Shown piece by piece: positions 12,201 through 25,763 of a DNA stretch of 64,000 nucleotides (position 1 is the stretch's first letter; each line of letters begins with the position of its first letter). The translations under genes were made by a program, and so were the position numbers. Origin of the DNA: Azolla caroliniana (Eukaryota > Plantae > Polypodiophyta); the NCBI GenBank assembly GCA_043228905.1, contig JBHGNT010000006.1, forward strand, positions 13,020,001 to 13,084,000. The letters run 5' to 3'. The notes under the pieces were generated by a model that saw only the letters and a list, made by a program, of their open reading frames with translations, ran no database searches and was not told where the DNA came from.

Positions 12201-13788
12201 GATCATTGCATATTTGTGAAGAAATTCGACGATGAGATTTCCTCATCCTCCTGTTGTACATGGACGCCATGCTGATTGTCAGACGAGACCATACGAAGTT
12301 TCGAGTGCTAAGAAGGCTTTGAGCAAATCGTTCTCGATGAAGGATATGGGTCCGACAAAGCAAATCTTGGGGATGCACGTTGTGTGGGATCGAACAAAGA
12401 AATTGTTGTGGCTATCACAAGAAAAATACATGACAAAGGTGCTCCAGAGACTCAGCTTGGAAAGTGCAATGCGAAACCGGTCGGCTCGACACTGCCGATG
12501 AACTACAAGCTAAACAAAGAACAATGTCCGAAATAAAAAATCAAGAAGGACGAGATGTCAAAAGTTTGTTATGCCTCGGTGGTTGGAAGGCTGATGGATG
12601 CAATGGTATGTACCAGACCAGACATAGGATATGCAGTCGGCATAGTCAGTCGGTATATGAGCAATCCTATTAGAGAGCATTGGGTTGTTGTGAAGTGGAT
12701 ACTTCGGTACCTAAGAGGCACCTCGAATGTGTGTCTTCGTTTCGGTTTGGGTAACCCCACATTGGAAGGTTATATTGACTCGGATATGTCGGCTGATGAG
12801 GATACCGGCCGATCCACGTTCGGGCGTAATGACTTATGTAGGGGGAGTTGTTTCGTGGCAATCGAGGTTACAGAAGGTCGTGGCTCTATCGACTATGAAA
12901 GCCGAGTATATGGCTGCAACGGAAGTCGGCAAGGAAATCATATGGATGAAGGAGTTTATCAGTGAATTGGGAATTCGGTAGGAAGAATTCCGACTCTACT
13001 GTGATAATCAAAGTGCCATCCACCTTGCGAAAAATGCCACCTACCACTCGAGGAACAAACACATCCATAGGAAATACCGTTGGCTCTGAGAGAGAGTAGA
13101 TGAGAAGGAGTTTTCTTTGACTAAGGTTCACACGACCGAAAATGGATCGGACATGTTGACGAAGGTGTTGTCAACCGAAAAGCTGAACGCGTGCTGATAG
13201 TGGGTCGGATTGGTAAAGTACCCCATGGCGGAGTGAAGGGGGAGTTTGTTGGCAAACATGTCCCTCCGGATGGGAAGAGAGAAGAGCCGAATTGATGAGG
13301 AAGTCGCCCGAGGCCGATAGGCTGAGGTCGAAACCAAAATCGTGTAGGCAGCCAACTGGGGGGACTATATCTATAAATAGTCAAAATAAGCCTCTGTGGG
13401 CTATACTTGTAAATAGTTCGAAAGTTGTACTAGTATATAAGCAACTAGGGAAAATCTTATTTTGTAGTAGTTGATCATTATTGTAAAGAGAGAACGAGGT
13501 AGTTGCCTCTGTAACAATGAATGAGAGTGTAACTCGGTAACCGTCTGTCAGACGAAGGAGAACTCGAGGTCGTTGCCTCCAAGTTTCGTATCTGTATTTC
13601 CTCTATACTATAGTGATTTGTTTTCTCAGGGTTTGTGGACCCCCGTGGTTTTTTCCCATTTCAGGGTTTTCACGTAAAGTATCGGTTTCTCTGCGTCTTT
13701 ACGTTTTACTATTTGTGTACTAGTTCTTGGTTGATTTCTGCACACTAATACGAACGTGAAATTGGTTGTGTCCGGTCAATTCCTAACA
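9280..13788 (+). mobile_element. Degenerate copia A2: gag-pol and 3' LTR (13247-13788); 5' part displaced by G1
   Basis: Fragmented ORFs colinear with A1 and A3 (FKLTGSNY, WVVDSGAS, RT, RNase H). PPT GAGTGAAGGGGGAG. LTR TGTTGG...CCTAACA. Confidence 0.93.
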
Positions 13789-14223
13789 TACATGGCGCAT
13801 CATTATGTGTACATGATGAAAGTGTAGAAGTCTGCGAGCCAGAGAGCTATGCAGAGGCATCACAGGATGCCAAATGGCGATCAACCATGGAGGAAGAAAT
13901 GCGGGCATTTAATGCCAACAAGAAATGGGACTTGGTTGACCCTCCGGGACACTGCAAACCGATCGGATGCAAATCAGTTTATAAAGTAAAGTACAATGCC
14001 GACGGTTCGGTCAACCGGTATAAGCCCCAATTGGTGGCCAAGGCATATGCGTAGACCCATGACTTGACTACGATGACACCTTCGCACCGGTGGCGAAGAT
14101 GACGACCGTCTGTGTGGTGCTAGCAGTAGCAACGGAAAGGGGGTTGAATCTCCAGCAGATGGACGTTAAGAATGCATTTCTTCAAGAAGAACTTGAAGAA
14201 CATGTATTTATCATCCAACCCCA
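13789..14223 (+). pseudogene. pol: RT fragment of a family-B copia (B0), host of A2 and A4
   Basis: YMAHHY...EPESYAEA...KYNADGSVNRYK...QMDVKNAFL, homologous to 20560-21000. Confidence 0.88.
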
Positions 14224-15830
14224 TGTTAGGATCGTGACCGATCACAACCGATTTCATGTATGCTTCTTCGGGTGCAAAGACCAAGATAAATCAAAAACAT
14301 AATACACAGACAACAAGCAAGAAGGGAGAAAAGACAAGTACAATGACACCTGATGTTTTATGTGGAAAACCCGAAAAGGGAAAAACCACAAGGGTTAACA
14401 AACCCCGAGAAACAAAATCACTATAACGAGGGAGGAATACAAGGAAACTCGGAGGCAACAACCTCGAGCTCGTCTTCATCTAACATACGGAGGTTGATTT
14501 ACAACTCACAATCACTCTCTTTCGCTGACTCTCATAGTTATAGAGGCCACGACCTTCTCTAACTATGTAACAACTAATAATGATACATACTCCAAAAATA
14601 AAAGGTTTGTCCTAGTTGTATATATACTTGTACAACTTTCTGGCTATTTACAAGTATAGCCCACATGGGGCACATTTAGACTATTTACAAATATAGTCTC
14701 CCGAATCGGCTATGAAATCGATTTTCGGTTTCGATTTAGGCCTTGGCCGAATTACTCATGTGTGTTTGATTTGGTTCATTCTTTCTTCCCATCCAGAGGG
14801 ACTTGTTTTCCCAACAAACTCCCCCTTCACTCCGGCATGGGGTACTTCACCAATAAGACCCTCTGTCGGCACTCGTTTAGCTTTTCGGCCGACAACACCT
14901 TCTTTAGCATGTCCGACCTGTTCTTCGTTGTATGCACCTTCACTAGAGAAAAATACTTCTCTTCTACTCACTCTCAGAGCCAATGGTATCTTCTTTGGAT
15001 GTGCTTGGTCCTTGAATGGTAGGCAACATTCTTCGCAAGGTGGATGGCACTCTAGTTATCGCAATGGAGTCGAAATTTCTTTGGCCGAATTCCCAACTCT
15101 CCGATGAACTCCCTCATCCAAATGATTTCCTTGTCGGCTTCTGTGGTCGACAACGCCACGGCCTTCTGCAACCTCGATTGCCACAAAATGGCTCCCCTTG
15201 CATAAGTCATTATGTACTCAAACGTGGATCGACCAGTATCCACATCAGTCGACGTATCCGAAATATAACCTTCCAACATGGGGTTACCCAAGCCGAATTG
15301 GAGACCCACATTCGAGGTGCCTCTCAGGTACCGAAGTATCCACTTGACAACAATCCACTACTCTCTTCCGGGGTTCCTCATATATCGGTCGACCACACCA
15401 ACTGTGTATCCAATGTTCGACCTTGTAAACACCATTGCGTACATCAGGCTTCCGACCGCCGAGGCATAAGGAACTTTTGACATCTCGGCCTTCTCAGTTT
15501 TCGATTTCGGACATTGACCTTTGCGTAGCTTGCAATTCATCGGTAGTGTCGAGCTGACCGGTTTCGCACTTTCCATGCCTAATCTCTAGAGGACTTTTGT
15601 CACGTACTTCTCCTATGACTGCCACAACAATTTCTTTTTTCGATCTCGAACAATGTGCATTCCCAAGATTTTTTTGCCAAACCCATAACTTTCATTGCGA
15701 ACGACCTATTCAACGCCTTCTTCAAACTTTCGATTTTCCTCGGGTCTTGTTTGACAATCAGCATGTCATCAACATACAACAGGAGGATGACAAAATCTCT
15801 TGCATCATACTTCTTGACAAAGACGCAATG
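14224..15830 (-). mobile_element. 3' part of copia A4: 3' LTR 14224-14816, PPT, RNase H and RT
   Basis: LTR resembles the A2 LTR in reverse, with a PPT adjacent at 14819. LLLYVDDML and VPYASAVGSLMY are on the minus strand. Confidence 0.9.
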
Positions 15831-16885
15831 GGTCGAAGTGAAAGCTTTACGGGGCAATACGGTGGCGTCCACGACCAAATTTTTGTACGAGAACATCTGG
15901 TGCCACTTCGGCTATCCAATCGAACTGATTAGTGACCAAGAATGTCACTTCCTTGGTGACTTAGGGGCTGACTGACCATTACGTCGTAATCCATAAAAGA
16001 GTACCCCGTATTACCCCTTGGCGAATGGACTCGCGGAATCGACAAATAAAACGTTACAGAACATCCTAAAAAAGATCGTCAACGAAAACCGCACGGACTG
16101 GGATACAAAGCTTCATTGCACCCTATTGGCATATCGCACAAGCTTTAAAACTATTGTCTAGTCTACCCCATTCCGGTTAACCTTTGGATTGGAAGCCGTA
16201 ATGCCCGTCGAGTTCCAAGTTTTGAGCTTACGAATACAGATTCGGAACGCCTTCCTGAAAAATAGTCGGAACAGTTCTACTTGCAACACCTTCTCGAACT
16301 CGGGCAAAGATAGGGTGTAGAGCATGGAAGTTTTGGTATAGGAGCAACGAGGTCAGAAGGCATTTGTGGATCGGCATCGAGGAGGTAACGAATTTCTTTT
16401 CAAAGTCGGGAAAGCCATATTAGTGTTCCAAACACGTATGGGACAAATGCCTAGAAAACTCTGATTCCAGTGGATAGGGCCGTATTGGATTATTGGTGGT
16501 GAAAATGGCACATTCGAATTCAGCACAACAGAATTTCAACGGCTTCCAACTCAAGCCGTACAGGGGTGCCACAATATCGAACCCTTTTCGATATGCCGCA
16601 AAATCACTGGGGAAAAACGTTGACCCACTGCCTACCGAATCCACCTCGGGGGAAGGGCCCTAAGAGAGTTTGTTGGCTGCCTTGGAAGGCCAAGTGGGAA
16701 AAGTTGAGAAGGGAAGACAAAAGGGACAGTTACAACATGTGAAGTAGACGGATGGGACCAAAGCATAATAATGATGGAGTAGTAGCAGCCGTAGTATAAG
16801 CCAATGCGTTATGAATGCGTGTAACGGTTCACGCACTGAGCGTAACTGATCAAGACCTTGCATATAAAGGGCATGGAAATCTTGT
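15829..16885 (+). mobile_element. Gypsy fragment G2: integrase core and partial LTR
   Basis: WVEVKAL...KFLYENIWCHFGYPIELISDQ, NGLAES and a GPY motif. 16820-16875 resembles the TATA region of the G1 LTR (tgtaacggttcacgc...ataaagggca). Confidence 0.8.
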
Positions 16886-17423
16886 AAGAATGTTGTCTTG
16901 ACATGCAACCATTCGATCTCCAGGTCCATGTTGGCAGCTATGCTCAAAACAGTTCTAATCGATATCATCTTTACTACTGGAGCGAATATCTCGTCAAAGT
17001 CAACACCCTTTTTCTATTGGAAACCCTTCAACACAATGCGGGCTTTATACCTAGGCGCGCTATTGACTTCTCCAGTTTTCACCTTACAGACCCATTTGTT
17101 TCTGAGTGCTTATTTACCTTTTGGTAACTCTACCAGGTCGTAGGTGTAGTTTTCGTGCAAGGGGTCCATCTAATCTCACATCACGCTCAACCATTTCTCT
17201 TTGTGCTCGTCGGCAATGGCTTCATCATAACACTCTGGCTCACCTTCATCAGTAAAGAGGATGCATTGACTGGCATATGTTGTAGGTGCTCTTCTTTATC
17301 TGAGTGGGTATCTCCTTCCACTCATTGTTGGCTCTCGTTCGGATGTCTCTGCCAACTCTTCTCTCAGCTCAGGTTCATGTATGTCGATCATCTTCTTAAG
17401 GTTCGACGAATCCAACTCGTATT
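16886..17423 (-). pseudogene. pol: Copia C2, segment 3 (RT N-terminus)
   Basis: Homologous to C1 30620-31140 (EELAETSE, RIVLKGF, VKTTFL). Confidence 0.85.
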
Positions 17424-20400
17424 TGTTGAGATACAAGCTCAACATTCGGTGCATAAACGGGTGCGTAACCCAGTGCGTAGACTGGGTGCGTAAAACCGTA
17501 CGCACAACATGGCCGTAGCGGTGCGTAAAACGAGAGGCTGTTAGAATGTTATTCCTCGTCAAGTACTGTCAGTACTTGTGTTAGCCCAATAGTCAAGGCT
17601 TGTATAAAAGGTGCTCACTGAGCACGAAGTATGTACAATGAACATATAGAGAATTATTTTTGGAATATAGTTTTATTTTTCTCCTCTCTCTGTCTCTCCC
17701 TCTCCTTCTCCGTGATTTCTGCGTTTTACCAAACTGTGTACTTTGTGTCTTACGCATACACTTCCGCACACGTATTCTTTTACATGGTATCAGAGCGCGA
17801 GGGTTGAGACTCCTCTACAACTGACAAAAAATCTTGCGATAAAGACAGAGTTAAGTTATTGTTTTCGGAAAGGATAAGACAGCAATATGGACAGAGGAAT
17901 GGGAAGCTCACTACCGACAGAGAATCTCGATAGGAGCAACTACGCATCTTGGTCGTACAATATACACCAATACTTGCATGGTCATGGTTACTGGAGTTAT
18001 GTCGAAGGAGCTAATGATACAACACCCGAATCGACGCACAAAGATTTTTCGGCTTGGGAACAAGCGGCAAGCAGAGTTCTTTACTGCTTCACGTCCTGTG
18101 TGAGCAACCATCTCTTGAGCTACATTCGGGATGCTAAGACGCCAAAGGACTCGTGGGCGACTCTCAAGGGGATTTTAGCCGCTCGCACAATGGCCAGGAA
18201 GTTGTAGCTCAGGTAGGAGCTCAGCAATGTCCGACAGAAAGATTTGTTTGTGGCCGATTACACAGCCCGAATGAAGGAGATCTGCAACTCTCTTGCTTCC
18301 ATCAACGTGAACGTCGAGGAGGACAAAATGGTACAGGTTTGTCTTGGAGGGTTAGCGTCAAAGTTTGGAGCATTCCGAACGATAGTATGTACAAGGGAGA
18401 ATACGCCTTCGTTCTTCGAGCTTCAGTCGATGTTGCTTGTGGAGGAAAATCACGCAGGTGCATGGATGAGTACGCATGGTGACAGTAGGATGTTGTACAC
18501 AGAGGAAGATAGTGGTCGTGGCGGATCGGCGTGCAATGGAGGCGGCAGAAAAGAGCAGAACGTGTGGCATAATCGAAATGCCAGAAGCAATTTTGAACCC
18601 TCCGGAAGCAGGGCAGTCATAGCGGTGCCGGATGCCGGCAAGAGAAGGCCGCGACGGATTGCTGGTACTGTGCCAAGAAAGGCTACAGAGAGAGCGAGTG
18701 CTGGAAAAAAAGAGTGGATTTGGACAAAGCCAGATCGAGCGGAAGAGATGTAGGAAGGCATCAGAAATCGCACTACGCCGAGGGCTCCGAACGAGCCGGA
18801 AATGGATCGGGCGCGGCCTTCGTAATGAAGCACAAGGCCAATTCAATGGTCGTGAACACCTCGAAACCAAGCGAGGTGTGGTATATTGATTCCGGAGCAT
18901 CAAATCATATGACGAGTCACGAGGAATGGTTCTGGTACTTGGAGAAACTGGAAAAGCAAGGAGTGGTCGAAACTAGAGACGACACTCCGCATACCATCAA
19001 ACATGTCGGTGAAGTTCCCCTCAACCACGTTGGGCAGAAAGGGAAACTCATGAATGTGCTGCATGTCCCAACAATAAACAAGAACCTGGTGTCGGTCAGT
19101 CAGATCGTCGACCAGGGGATGCAAGTTCGATTCACGCACCTCGGGTGCTACATGAAAGAGGAAGGCCATGTTATCGCTCAAGGGCACTGTGAAGGGAGGA
19201 TGTTTATCCTCGACACCAACCAAACCGGAACCACATTGTTCGCGAAAGGACATAAGGTCGAATCGGATATCGACCTGTGGCACAAGCGGTTCGGCCATGT
19301 TAACTTCCCATGGCTTCGTGAAATGTAGATGAAGAACATTGTTTTCGGTTTGCCGAAATTTCGTCGCCGGAATGACGAAATCTATGAAGCCTGCCAACTA
19401 GGGAAGCAACACCGACGTCCGTTACCAAACGAGCGTAATTGGAGTCGAAATCCACTCGACTTAATCCATTCGGATATTTGGGGGCTTGACTTAATCCATT
19501 CATCGATGACTTCACTCAGCATACCTGGGCATGTACAATCGCGAAGAAGAGCGAAGTCTTTGCATGTTTCATGAAGGTAAAGAACCTTGCAGAAAGGGAA
19601 ATAGGGCGTAAGATCATCAAATGCCTAAGGTCCGATGACGGGAAGGAGTACTTCTTTGACCAGTTCACAAGTTATCTACAGAAGGAAGGAATTCGACGCG
19701 AATTCTCGTGTAGATACACGCCGCAGCAGAATGGCGTGGCCGAGTGGAAGAATCGGACAATTGAAGAAGCGGCCAGGGCGATGCTTGAAGAGAAGCATAT
19801 GCTGAAGTTTTACTGGGCTGAAGTCGTAAGGACGGCTATTTATTTGCAGAATCGGACTTCTGCTAATGGAGGAGTGTTGCCACATGTGTTGTATTTTGGG
19901 AAGAAGCCGAACCTAGCACACTTGAGAATTTTCGGCAGCATTGCGTATGTGCATGTGCCGAAGGAGAAGAGGAGGAAGTTGGACACCAAAGCCGAGAAGT
20001 GTATCTTGGTCGGTTATTCAGATGAGCAGAAGCGGTATAATTGCTATAAGCCCCAAACAAAGGAAATTTGTGTAAGCCGAGATGTCGTGTTCGACGAGTC
20101 TGCTTCGTGGTACGGGCCTTCACCTCCAATACCAAATGACTCCATTCCGAATTCTGAAGAAGAGGTCAACGAGGACGAGCTGCCTCCGCATGATGAGGAA
20201 ATCGGAGCTCTGATAGAGAGTCTGATCTCATTTCGGCTAAGTGGGCCGAATGAAGGGTTGGGCCGAGATGGCCAACCAAATGAAGAGCTGGCGAGTAGTG
20301 GAGACTCGGCCGTGTTGTCCCAGCGTAAAGAACCAAGGAGACGGTTTACACGTAAAAAGAAAGGGAAGATGAAAATGTCGGAATACGATTTTGGCAGTGT

Positions 20401-21216
20401 TGAGTCAGAACGGAGCAAATCTGACTTTGGACCAATCGAGAAGGAACCTCCGCGAAAGAGGTCGAAATCGGCTGGAAAGGTCATGAAATCAAGTAATCAC
20501 AAATTACACTGATCTACCCGCTTGAAGAACTCCATAAAAAGATATGGGTACAAGGAATACATGGCGTACAATTATGCGTACATGACACGAGTGGCGGAAG
20601 TGCATGAGCCGGAGAGTTACGTAGAAGTGGCGAAAGATGCGAATTGGCGTGCCACGATGGAGGAAGAGATGTGCACTTTAACGGACAACGAGACTTGGGA
20701 CCTGGTTGATGCACCTAATGGTGTGAAGCAATCGGATGTGGATGGGTGTTTAAGGTGAAATACAACACTGACGGCTCAGTCAACTGATATAAGGCCCGTT
20801 TGGTTGCGAAAGGCTATTCGTAGAAGCACAACGTCGATTACGACGAGACCTTCGCACCAGTCGCGAAGATGACTACTGTGCGCATTTTGCTAGCTGTACT
20901 AATGGAGAAGGGGTGGCACTTACATCAAATGGATGTAAAAAATGTGTTCCTGCAAGGCCATCTTGAGGAACAGGTGTACATGGTACATCCCCCTGGATTT
21001 CTATCCGAACAGAACACTTCGCCAGTCTGCCGATTGAAGAAGGCGTTATAAGGACTTAAACAAGCCCCGCAAGCTTGGAACGCGAAGATTACACGATAGT
21101 TGCGTAGAATGGGGTTTACGACGTCCAGATCGGACTCTTCGTTGTTCATTCGGCAAGATTGACATGGACCGGTTTGTCTTTTACTTTATGTTGATGATTT
21201 AGTCATTGTCGGTGCC
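17424..21216 (+). mobile_element. Copia B1: 5' LTR 17424-17784, PBS 17785-17796, degenerate gag-pol truncated in RT
   Basis: LTR matches those at 36312 and 48638. MDRGMGSSLPTE gag, WYIDSGAS, integrase and YVDD, then interrupted by element D. Confidence 0.93.
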
Positions 21217-24200
21217 TGTTACGAAGGCGCTACAACTCTTCTATGTGCATAATGGATCGTGATGTGCTGGATCGTTTAGTGCTCAAGATAGAAAGGAAGG
21301 GGAATGAGACTTACCTTTGCACAATCCAAAAGCTTCTACTGGGATTACATGCAGAGCTCAACTCACTCTCGTCTGTTTTTCTGTTCTTACAACTCTCTGC
21401 ACTACTCTCACTACTCTTCTACTTCTCAGTTTCCTACTTTTTACCTAAGTTATAAGTGACTTATATATGCAGCTAATTAGCTGTCAGTAACTAAATAGTT
21501 GTGCATAGCTAAATAGTTGTTTCACCTTTATGTCCACTAGTAGCTAATTAGCTAATAGCTACTATAGCTTATTTCTCAATAAGCATCACATACCTTTGTC
21601 GAGCTTGCTTCACAACACTCCCCCTCAAGCTCAACTTATTCTTTCTTGGGGTCATCTTCAATCTGCTTTTCTTCATGCTTTTCACCTACCATGCCGATGG
21701 TTATAACTCCAATCATGTCTCTAAATTGTGTATGTTTTTCCATACTCAATCCTTTTGTAAGAATATCAACAACTTGCTAATTTGTACTTACATATAGCAG
21801 ATCCACTTCTTCATCAATCACTTTTTCTCTAACAAAGTGATAATGCACTTCAATGTGCTTTGTTCTTGCATGGAACACTGGATTTTTTGCGAGCTGAATG
21901 TTGCTCATATTGTCTCACCAAATTGTGACAGCACCATCTATATATTCTCCCAAATCAGAAAGCAATCTTCTGATCCATACCTCTTCACAGGTAGCTATTG
22001 TAGCTCCTCTATATTCAGTTTCAGTACTTGATAGTGCAACAATAGCTTGTTTCTTGCTACTCCATGAAATGGCTGCACTTCCCAATGTAAACATATATCC
22101 ACTTGTGGATCTTCTGTTAGTTTGGCTTCTAGCCCAATCAACATTTGTATATCCTTCCAGAGTTATGTCCAAATCAGCCTTGTAAAACAGTCCATAATTT
22201 TGACTAGCTTTTACATACCTCAAAATTCTTCTTATGCAGTCCGAGTGTGGCTTTGTTGGCTGTTGCATAAACTGGTTGACTAATCCAACAACATAACTCA
22301 AATCAAGTCTTGTTATGGTCAAATATATGAGGTTGCCTACCATAGACGTGTAGATGTTTACATCTTCTATTTTGGCTCTCAAATCAGCCCTCAATTTGTA
22401 GTTCTTATCTAGTGGTACACCAATAGGTTTGCATCTAAGCATACCATACTTCTTCAACATAGTTGTTGCATATTGTTTTTGCAACATATATATACCACTT
22501 TCACATATGATCATCTCAATACCGAGAAGTAGTATCTCAACTCTCCCAAATCCTTCATATGAAACTGCATTTCAAGAATTTTTATTTCATCCATGGAATC
22601 ACCTCCAATGATTAAGTCATCAACATATATCAAGATAACAACAATGCAATCATTTATCTTCTTTACATATAATGATGGATCAGCCTTTGACATTATGAAA
22701 GAAATTTTTTTTAGAGATTCTGAAAGTTCTTTATGCCATGCCCTTGGTGCTTGTTTCAATCCATGGATAGCCTTTTTCCGCCTACATACATATTCTGGAT
22801 GCTTCTTATCTTCAAAACCTGGTGGTTGACACATGTATACTTCCTCTTCCAAGTTACCATGTAAAAAGGCATTTTTTACATCCATATGGTGTAGAACCCA
22901 TCTTTTGGCTACACTCACAGGAAGTAGTGTTCTCAATGTTGCCATCTTTGCAACCGGTGCAAATGTTTCATCATAATCAATTTCATGCATCTGGGCAAAT
23001 CCCTTTGCCACAAGTCTTGCTTTATGTCTACTAACAATTGCATTGGAATCATTCTTTGTTTTGTAGACCCATTGGCACCCTACAACATTTTTTCCTTTCG
23101 GTAACTTTACCAAATCCCATGTTCTGTTTTCAGCCAATGCATCTATTTCTTCTTGCATTGCATTCACCCATTTCTTATCAGATTTTGCTTCATCAAAACT
23201 ATTTGGATAAGGGATTTGTACCACTTTAGACATGTATGGATAATGCATAGCCATATATGTGGCATAGCCAAATCTTTCAACAGTCTTTTTCTCTCTATCG
23301 GATCTTTTCAGTTTCTGATTTGCATCCTTCATTGACTTTTCCATACCAGGGATTTTCAAGGCTCCTATAACAAGCTCATCATCCAATGAAGTATCTGAAT
23401 CTACATCTTCCATGTTTCTAGACCCATCATCAAGCATTTCATATTCTTGCATCTTCTATTTTCCCTTTTTATCATCATATTTTTTCTGCCTTGCATTTTT
23501 TCCACTCCATGCATTAGATTCAGATTTACTACCTGAGCTTCCAGATGGTCAAGTACATTCTAATGATGTTGAACTTTGCTATCCAACATTGTTTCCATCT
23601 CCATGGCAATCTCTTCCATTTTCAGATTTTTCTCTGTCTTCATTTTCACAGTCTTCATCAGTTTCGACATTCTGTTTTGGGCTGTACTAGCTACCCAACT
23701 CATCAAATATTACATCATGGCTTACCACAATCTTTTTTGTCAAAGGGTTATAGCATCTATACCCTTTTTGTTCCTCTGAATATACAACAAAAATACATTT
23801 TTCTGCTTTTGGATCAAGCTTACTTCTTACTTCAGTAGGTACATGAAAATAAGCAAGGCATCCAAACACTTTTAAATGTTCTAAGCTAGGCTTCCTACCA
23901 TAGAAACATTATTCAGGAGTTACTGCATGCACTCCAAATGTTATACATCTATTTAGAATATAATTTGTTGTGTTTATAGCTTCTGCCCAGTAATACAATG
24001 GCATATTTTTTTCTGTCATTAAAGCCCTTGCTATGTTCACCAAAGTTCTGTTTTTTCTCTCAGCAACTCCATTTTGCTGTGGAGTATATCTACATGCGAA
24101 TTGTCTTCTTATTCCTTGATTGCATAGAAAATCAGAAAACTGATTTGAGAAGTATTCTCCTCCATCAAATCTTAGGCATTTTGTTCTAGTTCCAACATGC

Positions 24201-25135
24201 TTTTCTACCATGCATTTAAACTTACGGAAACAATCAAATACTTCACTTTTCTCTTTCATGAAATAAACCCATGTTTTCCTTGAGCAATCATCAATAAATG
24301 TTACATAAATCTTACATCCAGTAATTGATGCATTTTTTGTTTGTTCCCATACATATGTATGTACCAAATCCAACAAATTTTTGCTTACATGTCTTTCATG
24401 AGGGAAAGCCAACCTGTTTTGCTTTCCATATTGACATGCTTCACATATTTTTACCATCTCACAGTCTTTCAACTTAGGCAGTCCAGCCACTGCATTTTTC
24501 CTCAACATATTTTTCAAGGTTTGTATGCTTATGTGTCCAATTCTTTTATGCCACATTTCCACATCTGAGATTACACTCATTCCTTCTGCAAACATGGTTG
24601 TAATCTATTTAGGCATATCCACATCTAACACAAACATCCTTCCTTGTTGTTTTTCTTTTGCAATGAGCTTTCCATTTTTCTCTATGAAACATCCACTTTG
24701 CTTAAACTTAACTTGGATTCCTTGCTCTATTATCTGTCAAACAGAAATAAGATTTTTTGCAAGGTTTGGCACATGCATAACATTCAGCATATATTTTGTT
24801 TTTCCTTTTTCTTCCCACAATGGGATATCTCCAACATGCTCTATTTGGTGAGTAGTATTATCACCTATCTGTACATAACCAGGAATCTCTAGTTCTCTTA
24901 GACTTTCAAACTAGTTTGCATGTCCTGTCATATGATTAGATGCCCCAAAATCTACATACCACATAAACTCTTCATTGCATCTCTGTGAACATTCAGCCAT
25001 TGCTGTTGTTTCATGTTTCACCACAAATGCACCATCTTTATCACAATCTTCACTAGTTGAAGCATAATTATTTTGTTGTCTCTTCCCTCTTTTTTCATCA
25101 TTTTACTTTTGTAGCATTCAGCCTGTGTATGGCCT
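21217..25135 (-). mobile_element. AT-rich copia D: 3' LTR 21217-21617, PPT and pol; 5'-truncated in the gag zinc knuckle
   Basis: LTR TGTT...AACA; PPT 21618-21635. ORFs 21915..22514, 22511..23452 (YVDD) and 23909..24595 (integrase). Confidence 0.92.
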
Positions 25136-25763
25136 AAACAACGATGATGAAAAAGAAGCCAAAGGAAGGAAGAAAGAAGAATAGAAGAAACAACAATGAT
25201 GAAGATGAAGAAGAAGAAGACCTAAACCTATCCTAACTCTGAGTGTGATAATCGTAGAAGATAGAATCGAAAAAGAAGAAGAAAACAAAGAAAAGGGAAA
25301 CCTATCATAAGTGTGATAATCGTAGATGATTCCTCAATCTATGAAGGCATAATTGTAAATAATTACAATTTGAAGTAGAACATCATGATACACACGTACA
25401 CTGATTTATAGAATAAGGGAATGTCGACATTCATATTACTACAAGTATTTTAGGATGTGAAATGTTCCAATGTCTTATGTGCATTTTAGGATGTAGAACT
25501 ATACTGTACATCACAAAATTGGGTAAATATAGATGTTTTTTTTTTACAATATTATAGTTATTTTTTAGAAAGGTAAATAATTTTCAAATTCTAGAAGTAT
25601 TTAACGTACTATACGTAAAATATGTATTTTACGTATTTTATAAATATTTGACAAATTAAGAAAATGTATTTAACGTATTTTTAAATTGGGAGGTACTATA
25701 CACGTATTAATACGTTATATACGTATGGTATCCATACCGTACCTAACGTAACTAACAACCTTG
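25136..25763 (-). mobile_element. Probable hAT-type DNA transposon end; other end deleted
   Basis: Minus-strand start CAAGGTTGTTAG abuts the B3 RT abruptly, followed by dense subterminal TACG/CGTA repeats and a CT-rich leader. No second TIR or TSD is visible. Confidence 0.5.
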
